DNA from: a virus
Taxonomy: Duplodnaviria; Caudoviricetes
IMG/VR virus record: IMGVR_UViG_3300009095_000019
Span: 1 to 51,026 of that record
DNA: 51,026 bases
Reading direction: 5' to 3' (one strand)
A model generated the notes under the pieces. It was given only the letters and a program-made list of their open reading frames with translations, searched no databases and was not told the DNA's origin. How positions within the stretch are numbered: position 1 is the first letter of the stretch; every line of letters starts with the position of its first letter. The translations under genes and the position numbers were made by a program. This document shows positions 29,498-37,107 of the stretch, one piece after another.

Positions 29498-29854
29498 CTA
29501 TTGCGCGGCGCTTAGGTGGCCGATATAAAAGACCATATTGCTTCTTGAGTACAGTCTGGCCATTCGATCAAGGGCTTCGCGCAGCATAGCGTGATCAAAG
29601 CCGCACGGGGCCAAATAAATGCGTTCGTAACGATCTGACTGCACACCGGCCACAATATTCGCCACGTACATAGCATCTTTCAACATGTATGGGGCGAACC
29701 GAATAACAGGAACATAGCGATTGCACTTAAAGAAATGAATCGACTCTTCATGCGTGCCTTCTGGTATACAAATCGCCGCCCCGTTGTTGACGTGGGTGAG
29801 GGTTATGCCATCCTTTTCGCTGGATGCCTCAAGCACGATGAAGAGTTCGTTCAT
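29498..29854 (-). CDS. Hypothetical protein (118 aa)
   Basis: In-operon ORF that fills the gap between neighbours. Confidence 0.7.
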   Translation of the reverse strand: MNELFIVLEASSEKDGITLTHVNNGAAICIPEGTHEESIHFFKCNRYVPVIRFAPYMLKDAMYVANIVAGVQSDRYERIYLAPCGFDHAMLREALDRMARLYSRSNMVFYIGHLSAAQ

Positions 29855-29865
29855 TATTATTTCCC

Positions 29866-30402
29866 TTAGAGCACTACCTGCTCAGGCTTGCTAAGAATTT
29901 TGACCGTTTCCACTAGGTTGCGGTACGTGTATCCGGCCTTGTCGATATCATCAACAATCAGTTTACAGTGTTCACGCAGCTGCTGGATTTGATCAAGGTA
30001 TCGGTAGAACTGTCGAAGGCACGTTCCGATAAAAGCCTTGCGTTCTGTCTGTGTGCTGATAATCTTCAGCGACTCCGAGTATTGAACCATCAAGTAATCA
30101 TTCAGATTATCCAGAGTTTCGCGCATAGCACCGTCGATGTTGACGCAGATTCCGAGAATTTCAGTAGTGCGCGAACGCACCGCCTGATCTTGCAGCATCG
30201 CATCCAAAAGATCATCTACGAAACCTACTTTCTTGCGTCGCAAAGTTCGAACGCTGCGTGTCGTGTGCATGCGTTCTAGCTCATCGTGTAACTTCTGAAA
30301 GTCGATACTGTAGTTTGGATTCCCTTCGAAGGTGTCGCGAAAGCGCCTGTACTTGGCATCGCGCTTCACTGTGCGGCGTAAGGCGTCAAGCCGTTGGCTC
30401 AT
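29866..30402 (-). CDS. Helical protein, possibly a UvsY-like recombination mediator
   Basis: All-alpha coiled-coil character near a UvsW-like helicase. Start MSQRL at 30402 has a GGAGG RBS. The function is inferred only. Confidence 0.4.
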   Translation of the reverse strand: MSQRLDALRRTVKRDAKYRRFRDTFEGNPNYSIDFQKLHDELERMHTTRSVRTLRRKKVGFVDDLLDAMLQDQAVRSRTTEILGICVNIDGAMRETLDNLNDYLMVQYSESLKIISTQTERKAFIGTCLRQFYRYLDQIQQLREHCKLIVDDIDKAGYTYRNLVETVKILSKPEQVVL

Positions 30403-30652
30403 CGTATACCTCCATAGGGCATTCCGCAAAGGCGTGCTTTTTCGCCACCTCAGCAGGGGAAATGCCTTGCTTCAGTTCAATTGCTTTGTCTTCAGAAATC
30501 AGCTTTGTACAAAGACTGCGGATTTGATAAACAAGCGTCAGGTCTTTTTTAGAAAGCGCAGACTGCCCGATTTCTGCGTTGCGCATGTTTTTCAAAATGG
30601 TTGCCAGTGGAGATTCTGCCATCTGGAGAAGTCGGGTACGTCCGCTTTTCAT
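30386..30652 (-). CDS. Hypothetical protein (88 aa)
   Basis: ATGA-coupled ORF within the operon. Confidence 0.65.
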   Translation of the reverse strand: MKSGRTRLLQMAESPLATILKNMRNAEIGQSALSKKDLTLVYQIRSLCTKLISEDKAIELKQGISPAEVAKKHAFAECPMEVYDEPTA

Positions 30653-31158
30653 TCGGGTTCCACCACAAGATAGGGAGATTCACGGTACTTGCTGACTGCA
30701 AGAATCCCGCCGCTGTTTGATTTGAATATGAGGAGTTTTTGCTTGTCCGAATTGATCGGCAGCTGCGTAAAATCATAACGGTCGATACGTCGACAGCTTA
30801 CAGTCAAACGGTTAGGATGCAATTCCATTTTGGTGGGATCGGACACTGCGAACAAGTGACCGTAGATGGACCCACGCGTGTTAACGAAGTTGTACATTTT
30901 GCAAAACCGATTCAGCACAAACGGATTCTTGTAATCCACGTGAAGTTCGGTGTCTACAATGCGCCGGAAGAATAGGCCGATATGGCGACCGTCGTGAGCT
31001 TCGCCCAAGTCTTCGAAAGTATCAACTTCGGTTACGGTATGGCTGAAAGGGTCAGCAAGCGAGAAAATCGGACTAATCTTTTGCTGCATCGTAGGTTCCA
31101 ATAAGAATGAGTTCACACTCTTCGGTCTTACGCCGAAAGCGGAAAGACGAAGCAGCAC
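30649..31158 (-). CDS. Hypothetical protein; the true start may be MQQKIS near 31089
   Basis: In-operon ORF; the track start overlaps the clamp gene. Confidence 0.6.
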   Translation of the reverse strand: MLLRLSAFGVRPKSVNSFLLEPTMQQKISPIFSLADPFSHTVTEVDTFEDLGEAHDGRHIGLFFRRIVDTELHVDYKNPFVLNRFCKMYNFVNTRGSIYGHLFAVSDPTKMELHPNRLTVSCRRIDRYDFTQLPINSDKQKLLIFKSNSGGILAVSKYRESPYLVVEPE

Positions 31159-32224
31159 CTTTGATCGTAAAAAACCCTACCTTGACTTTATCGCCTTTCA
31201 CCTTTCTGTACAGGTCCATGAACACGCGAGGGTCGAGGCGGGCCACAGTTTTCTTTCCTACGCATTTCGCAGCGTAAGCATCCGAGACCTTACCAGCGCC
31301 TGTACTAACCTGAAACTGGATTTCATCGCCCGCCAGCGTCATCTGCATACGCGTGTCCTGCTCCATAAGAGAGAACATATTCTGCACGGCGTCGGCTACA
31401 CCTTTCGGCAGTTCTGCGCTGCTATGCGGCTCCATCTTCGCTAGAGTGCTTACGTAATGCGGGGCCATTTCGTAATACTCGTCTTCAATCTGTGTCTCTG
31501 GAATCACCAACAGGAATCCGCTACCTTGAACATAGAAGCGCCCGTTATGTTTGGCAAATGCGATTTCAGACTCGTCTTTATCCGTGAACTTCTCCATAAG
31601 CGCAAAAGCTTTGGCCGGCAGCGCCATACGAAACGACTTGGCTGAAGTGTGTGCCGACTTGCGGTACGCAATATGGAACTGGTCAAAGCAGTACGTCAGC
31701 ATGCGTTTCTTGTTTATATCAAACAAGACTGGCAACTCGTGCTGCGCGTAGTGGTCAGTCAGAACAACTTCCTTGGCGCTGGTTGTCATTTCCTTAACGA
31801 TGTTTTTCGACAGGGATTCAGAACTGTCGAACGTAATGTTATAAACGAGACGCGTAATGTCGTCTTCGTCGAATTCAGTGATAGAAATGTCTGCCTTGTA
31901 CCGGCCTTTCACTTCGGCAAAGAACAGTTTCGTGCCATCGCACTTGAATTCAAGTTCGGCGCGGTTCTTCATCATACCGACGAGTGTGTCTTGTTCGACT
32001 CGACACGTGCCTGAAACCTTCACTTTTGCAGCCACTTGAACAGCAGCGATAGCATCGGTGGAAGTGCCGATAACGTAAAGCTTTTTGTCGCTTGTTGCGG
32101 CAATGACGCATTTCGTGTCGTCGGCTTTCACGTAGGTGGTGGCTGCAATAACCTTGGCGAAGGCTGCGACCAGCTCTTTACCGGAGGCAGTAAAGGCGAA
32201 TTCTTTATTCGATTCAATTTTCAC
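31073..32224 (-). CDS. DNA sliding clamp, DnaN/beta-clamp-like
   Basis: 383 aa with a three-domain alpha/beta pattern, V..SG...V....L..M and YCFDQFHIA (compare ATDGHRL); close to the polymerase. Confidence 0.7.
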   Translation of the reverse strand: MKIESNKEFAFTASGKELVAAFAKVIAATTYVKADDTKCVIAATSDKKLYVIGTSTDAIAAVQVAAKVKVSGTCRVEQDTLVGMMKNRAELEFKCDGTKLFFAEVKGRYKADISITEFDEDDITRLVYNITFDSSESLSKNIVKEMTTSAKEVVLTDHYAQHELPVLFDINKKRMLTYCFDQFHIAYRKSAHTSAKSFRMALPAKAFALMEKFTDKDESEIAFAKHNGRFYVQGSGFLLVIPETQIEDEYYEMAPHYVSTLAKMEPHSSAELPKGVADAVQNMFSLMEQDTRMQMTLAGDEIQFQVSTGAGKVSDAYAAKCVGKKTVARLDPRVFMDLYRKVKGDKVKVGFFTIKGAASSFRFRRKTEECELILIGTYDAAKD

Positions 32225-32487
32225 TGGATAGTCCCTGCGATTAGGTCCAAGGTGAGGTACAAGGATTTACCTTCCCTTATCCAAGTAATGTCTGTGTTTA
32301 CTCCGTAGTCTTTACAGAGTTGCGTAGCGTGTGCCACCAAGTCATCGGCGCAAATACGGCTCTTCCTAGCCGATAGATAGCCGTGCACAAAAATCCCTAG
32401 CGCGGCATCCAACCCTATAGCTGAGAAAATCGGGGATAGGGTGCTTGTTGTCCTAGCGTACACGTTATCAGTAAATCTCAGGCTCAT
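32221..32487 (-). CDS. Hypothetical protein (88 aa)
   Basis: Four-nt overlaps with the genes on both sides. Confidence 0.65.
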   Translation of the reverse strand: MSLRFTDNVYARTTSTLSPIFSAIGLDAALGIFVHGYLSARKSRICADDLVAHATQLCKDYGVNTDITWIREGKSLYLTLDLIAGTIQ

Positions 32488-32816
32488 TTAACTGTGACCT
32501 CAAAAACGATTTTCTTAATTGAAAGAGGATCGTGATACACCGGCGGCGGGATTATAACGTGCGTCCCGTCAGGAGGCGCAATGCGCTCTTCCGTATAAAT
32601 GCCCGTAAAGATTTGTGACGGGAACAGCATACGCACGTTACCCAACAGTCGATCCAAGGCATCACCAAGGCTGCTTATTCCGGCACCGGTAAGGAAAGCT
32701 AAATGCTGGTGCAAGGTGTTGAAGATTTCCTTACGGTTCGTAGTTGTAAGATCGGAACAGTCCGAGGCGCATATCAACTTGATACCAAACAGGTTATCGT
32801 AATTGCTTAGGGGCAC
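32484..32816 (-). CDS. Hypothetical protein (110 aa)
   Basis: GAGG RBS before GTG; coupled in the operon. Confidence 0.65.
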   Translation of the reverse strand: MPLSNYDNLFGIKLICASDCSDLTTTNRKEIFNTLHQHLAFLTGAGISSLGDALDRLLGNVRMLFPSQIFTGIYTEERIAPPDGTHVIIPPPVYHDPLSIKKIVFEVTVK

Positions 32817-33144
32817 GTATCACCTCAATAATGTCTCGACATTCTACGAAAAGATTCGTGGAGTCTTCCATGAAGAGTTTTATCTCACGGCCCTTGTAAA
32901 GGCCGTGGCGCCGTTTCACGTAGGCAATGAGTTCGGCAGGCACAATTTCGGAATAGTGAGCCGTGACGTAGTACCTCACCATACGAAGAGTGACAGAAAA
33001 CCACTCTTCGTAATCGGCCTTCGAACTAAGGGAAGGGTCGATGCAGAAATACACGTTCTCGACGGCAATTGTTGAAGTTAAGCGGGTAACTTCAACAAAT
33101 CTTTCCCTTTCCGCCGCCACCTTTCGCTTTGCTTTTGTGCCCAT
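32794..33144 (-). CDS. Hypothetical protein (116 aa)
   Basis: Overlaps the polymerase 3' end by 67 nt; GAGGGG lies upstream of the ATG. Confidence 0.55.
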   Translation of the reverse strand: MGTKAKRKVAAERERFVEVTRLTSTIAVENVYFCIDPSLSSKADYEEWFSVTLRMVRYYVTAHYSEIVPAELIAYVKRRHGLYKGREIKLFMEDSTNLFVECRDIIEVIRAPKQLR

Positions 33145-36047
33145 TCCGGCCCCTCATGAATCTTCGACATGATCAGCGCGTAGGTTTTCTCAACATCGAC
33201 GTTGTACTTCATTTCGTCACGTTGACCGACAAGCGCATTTTTCAACAGCACGTCGAGGCTTTCCTTGTCTTTGATTGGGTACTGGCCGGTAAGCGCGTTG
33301 TTCCATGCGTCGCACGCATTCAAGCACCAGCCAATTTCAAGGTCGGTTTCGAGCGAGATTAGGAATTTGAAACCGTGACGTTTCATCATTTCCTTTTCTA
33401 CGGCTAGAGTCAGACCGTGTTCAATCATCTTAACGGCAAGCCAGAAATCTTCGTAAGCACACGAGAACTCAAGGCTATCGTGCACACTGTTGGTTTGGAT
33501 AAAGTCAGGATAGTGTCCAGTTTCTTTGTAATGTGCGTAGCGCTGCTTTTCAATTTCACGTGCGCCAGTCATCATAAAGTCTGAACCCATGCCCTGTACC
33601 GGACTGTTTACAGATTGTCGCTCGTTACGCGCAACGATGGGATCGTGATCCGGGTGAGACTTCGGCATCAACAGGCCCCACAGATTGCGGCGCCGACCGA
33701 GCGGAGACTCGACAAACAGGTTTTTCCGGGCGAACTCTTTAATGCGGTCGAACCAACCAGCACCGACGGGGAAGCGCTTGAAGAACTTCCCTACAAGTTC
33801 CTTTACTTCATCCAATGTTGCGTTAATTGCCTTTGCGGTTCCCTTCTCCGACTGTTGGTAAATAAGACCGAACACAACCTGCTTAACGCTGTTACGTTTC
33901 GGCTTCTCCACCTTCTCCAAAGGCAGACGGAAGAAGTACGCCGCGTTAATCTTGTGCGGGTCGCCCTTCAGTTCAATTTCTTGCGCAAGCTTAACAGACG
34001 GTCGTTCCTTGAATTTATTCCGCAAATCCATACCAACGCGGAACACGTCTGCCACTTCCTTATCACCAGAAATGAGAGACCACCCGCGAACTTCGTGTAC
34101 AGAATAGTCAACCTTCAAGAACAGGCGACCTTCCTGTGCGACGAACATTCGCTTAATAAGCTTACCCAAGGCTGTCCGTTGTGGCAACGTTTGCAGCGTT
34201 GGGTTACGTGCTGACGTTCGCCCGGTAACAACGTCCAAGTAACCAAAGCTCGGTCGCAAGTTTCGGTCAAAGCGGAAGTCCTGATCGTCACCCCACTTGT
34301 GCACGAAGCTCTTGACGTACGAATCGAACAATTTATTGATTTTGTTCAGTTCGTTGAACAGCTTTACTTCGGGAACGTCTTCGTATTTCTTCTGGAAATC
34401 CTTGTCGATCTTACCCAAGCCTTTCTTGTTCGTCTGCAAGGGCTCAAGTTTAAGCACTTCGAAGAACAAAAGCTGTTTATGATCTTCCTTACGAATGTTG
34501 AAAAAGCCTTGAGTGTCAGCTCGGCCGAACAAGCCTACCGCAGGTGCGCCTGACTTGCGCTGAAGGATTTTGTTCGCTTTCTTAACACCGTCCGTCGCAT
34601 AAAGCTCGGCCAGAACGCGCTTGCGCTCTTGTACAATCGGGCTATTACGAGACTTCAAGTGGAATAGCCAATCGATATCAATATAACTGCCGTTATACTC
34701 AAGATTTGAAAGGGTGTGAATGGTGTCAGATAGCTGTTGCCCGACCAAGCTTTCGTACTTGTCATACCCGATGCGCTTCGCTTGCTTACACTGCAATCGG
34801 TAAATGTGCATCGGAATAATAACGTCCAATGCCATGTAATCAAGCACGCCGCCTTCTAGGTTGGCGTCGGCAATAAATGCACGCTGCTCCTTGCCGAAAG
34901 TCGATTCGTAGTAGGCTTTACAGCCGTACTGCATCGACAGGTTCAACAAAGAGTAGTAATAGAAGCCGGTTACTGTTTGGATTGCCTTGTGGTTTTCATC
35001 AAGTCCGAACTGCCCAGCGAGAATGTCCCAAACGTTAGTCTTGAAGAAGCGTACGCCGAAGTCACGACGCGCCATGCACATATCGAATGCGCCGTTTGTG
35101 TACACGTGCAGACGATTCTTGTTCTTGCATTCAAAGTACAGGCGCATCTTTTTCGCAATGTACTTCAGCTCTTCAGGAAGGAACGGGCTGTCCTTGTGCA
35201 TGAAGGGCAAAATGTATGCAGTTTTCGTATCAAATGCAAACTGCCACGTTACTGTGTAGTTCACTTTCTTGTTGAGGCTTCGTGCTTCTGAGTCGATTGC
35301 CACAACGTCAGCTTCACACAGCTTCCGATAAAACTTGTCGAATTCCTCAACGGTCTCGATCATCTTGATCTTGAATTTGAGCTTGGGGATTTCGTACATC
35401 AGTTTGCCGTCGTTTAAGACGGTGGTAAGGTTCCGCGCGACGTATCCGGCCGCAGCGATATTCGCATCTGATTTTTGCAGCGAATCGAGGCTGAGGGTGG
35501 GCACGTGTGCGAAAGTGTGTTTCTTTTTCTTATATTCTACGCTGGTTTCGATTGGCACACCGTAGAAGTGAGCCATAAACGGACGGCCGCGTTTGTCCAG
35601 AAAGTTCTTCACGTACTCGCCGTTGAGCGCCCGGTACGGATCGGGGCCAAACGTAACTACGGTATCAGGCTTGTATTCAGTAATAATGCAGTCAAGACGG
35701 CGCTTGAATTCTTCGTGGGCGATGGTCTTGAATGAGTCAGAACCTCCAACAGTGCGTAGGCTGTGATAGGAGACCGCAAGCCACGAGTAATCATCAAGCT
35801 TATTCGGCGCCTTGTAGTACGACTCTGCTGCCCAAATGAGGCTTTCGAACAGCTCTTGCGTCTGGCCCTTGAACATCAAGCCTGTACGCAAGCTTTCGCT
35901 AGGCGTGTAGTCAAGAACAAAAAGGATTTTGCCACGTGGCTTTTTGGCAACAGACTTCGCCAGCTGCACGTAGTCAAAGCTCTTCACGTCAAAGGGACGC
36001 AACGCCTTGCTGTACTTGAACTGGTACTCGACATGATTGAAGCGCAT
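33078..36047 (-). CDS. Family A DNA polymerase with an N-terminal UDG-like domain and a 3'-5' exonuclease
   Basis: Exo motifs DSE, NGAFD and YMALD; TGRTS; motif A DYSVHEVR, motif B R...KQVVFGLIY, motif C VHDSL. The N-terminus carries KPDTVVTFG. Confidence 0.93.
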   Translation of the reverse strand: MRFNHVEYQFKYSKALRPFDVKSFDYVQLAKSVAKKPRGKILFVLDYTPSESLRTGLMFKGQTQELFESLIWAAESYYKAPNKLDDYSWLAVSYHSLRTVGGSDSFKTIAHEEFKRRLDCIITEYKPDTVVTFGPDPYRALNGEYVKNFLDKRGRPFMAHFYGVPIETSVEYKKKKHTFAHVPTLSLDSLQKSDANIAAAGYVARNLTTVLNDGKLMYEIPKLKFKIKMIETVEEFDKFYRKLCEADVVAIDSEARSLNKKVNYTVTWQFAFDTKTAYILPFMHKDSPFLPEELKYIAKKMRLYFECKNKNRLHVYTNGAFDMCMARRDFGVRFFKTNVWDILAGQFGLDENHKAIQTVTGFYYYSLLNLSMQYGCKAYYESTFGKEQRAFIADANLEGGVLDYMALDVIIPMHIYRLQCKQAKRIGYDKYESLVGQQLSDTIHTLSNLEYNGSYIDIDWLFHLKSRNSPIVQERKRVLAELYATDGVKKANKILQRKSGAPAVGLFGRADTQGFFNIRKEDHKQLLFFEVLKLEPLQTNKKGLGKIDKDFQKKYEDVPEVKLFNELNKINKLFDSYVKSFVHKWGDDQDFRFDRNLRPSFGYLDVVTGRTSARNPTLQTLPQRTALGKLIKRMFVAQEGRLFLKVDYSVHEVRGWSLISGDKEVADVFRVGMDLRNKFKERPSVKLAQEIELKGDPHKINAAYFFRLPLEKVEKPKRNSVKQVVFGLIYQQSEKGTAKAINATLDEVKELVGKFFKRFPVGAGWFDRIKEFARKNLFVESPLGRRRNLWGLLMPKSHPDHDPIVARNERQSVNSPVQGMGSDFMMTGAREIEKQRYAHYKETGHYPDFIQTNSVHDSLEFSCAYEDFWLAVKMIEHGLTLAVEKEMMKRHGFKFLISLETDLEIGWCLNACDAWNNALTGQYPIKDKESLDVLLKNALVGQRDEMKYNVDVEKTYALIMSKIHEGPEWAQKQSERWRRKGKDLLKLPA

Positions 36048-36080
36048 GCCTTGCTCCGTAAAAGGGATATGCTATAGCCG

Positions 36081-36093
36081 TACTTTACAGTTT
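36081..36093 (-). promoter_or_regulatory. Candidate early/middle promoter motif AAACTGTAAAGTA upstream of the DNA polymerase
   Basis: Exact match to 10585-10597; lies just downstream of a terminator. Confidence 0.6.
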
Positions 36094-36104
36094 CTCACGC
36101 CAAC

Positions 36105-36139
36105 AAAAAACCCGCCAACCAGTAAAGGAAGGCGGGTTT
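36105..36139 (-). terminator. Intrinsic terminator
   Basis: AAACCCGCC...GGCGGGTTTTTT on the minus strand. Confidence 0.8.
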
Positions 36140-36142
36140 GAT

Positions 36143-36646
36143 TTAGAACTCATACGTGTAGTTGAGGAAGGTTTGCAGGCGGCTCGACTGCTCATCAAAG
36201 GTTTCGTAGGAATGGTGAAGGCGACTAAACGTCTTCAGGGTTTCCCTTGCAAACTCAGGGACGCCAAGCTGCGTGTAAACTTCCCAATTGATAGGGGCTT
36301 CGGACAGCAAGGACGATCCACCGCGCATGATAATGCAACTCTCGTCGTCAATCCCCAAACGGTCTACAAAACCCACAAAACGAGGATCACGCGAGCAAGC
36401 GAGCAACGTGTTTGTGAAAGCCATAGCGCCACGCCCGCCGCACTTCAGGAACGTAACCTTTTCATATAGGCCGGGCATCCTGTACGTTTGAAACTCGCCG
36501 GAGCCTAGTCCGAAAAAACCAAACGTATCGGATGATGGATTACCTGCTATCAATCGCGGCAGGTTGCTGAAAAGGATGCGGTATTTTTGACCGTTGGCCA
36601 CGATATAAGCGTAGCCCAGCTTTACTTCGCTGCGGTGCATATTCAA
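36143..36646 (-). CDS. Hypothetical protein (167 aa)
   Basis: Coupled ORF that ends at the terminator. Confidence 0.65.
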   Translation of the reverse strand: MNMHRSEVKLGYAYIVANGQKYRILFSNLPRLIAGNPSSDTFGFFGLGSGEFQTYRMPGLYEKVTFLKCGGRGAMAFTNTLLACSRDPRFVGFVDRLGIDDESCIIMRGGSSLLSEAPINWEVYTQLGVPEFARETLKTFSRLHHSYETFDEQSSRLQTFLNYTYEF

Positions 36647-37062
36647 GCCTTCACGTTCTGAGTAGGCTTGGCGTGGTTCGGATTGGTGCTGGTTTTCTGG
36701 ACAACAGCCGGCTTGACTTCGGCTTTAACCTCGGTCGGTGCCGGCTTAACCTGCTCCTTTTTCTCGGCCACCGGCATCGGCTTGGGTGCCTGCCTGTCGA
36801 GAATTTCCTTAATCTTTTCGTTCGTCAGGTTTGCGTGCGTAAGGTAGCCGCGTTCCCAACGAAGCTTTTTCGGCAGTCGGCAACCGGCCGTAAAAGGCAG
36901 GCCGTTGTTGGGCTGTGCCGGGACGAATTGCTCGCTCATTTCGAAGGCTTGCTTTGCCTTGATAGATGCGTCGCTCCAGATGCCGTCGATGCGGCCTCGG
37001 TAGAAACCAAGGAACGCTAGCACAAGTTGCTGTGCTTGAAGTTCGGATTCTCTCGTTTGCAT
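36643..37062 (-). CDS. Peptidoglycan-binding (PG_binding_1-like) domain protein with a low-complexity tail
   Basis: QQLVLAFLGFYRGRIDGIWSDASIKAKQAFE matches the Q..L..LGY..G.IDG.FG..T..A...FQ pattern. Confidence 0.7.
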   Translation of the reverse strand: MQTRESELQAQQLVLAFLGFYRGRIDGIWSDASIKAKQAFEMSEQFVPAQPNNGLPFTAGCRLPKKLRWERGYLTHANLTNEKIKEILDRQAPKPMPVAEKKEQVKPAPTEVKAEVKPAVVQKTSTNPNHAKPTQNVKA

Positions 37063-37107
37063 AAAACCCTCGTTTAGAAGTGTGGCCGTCCGTGGCCACG
37101 TTTTCAG

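Noticed and set aside
37082-37099. GTGGCC...GGCCAC hairpin as a terminator
   Set aside because: The stem is short and has no convincing U-tract on the coding strand.
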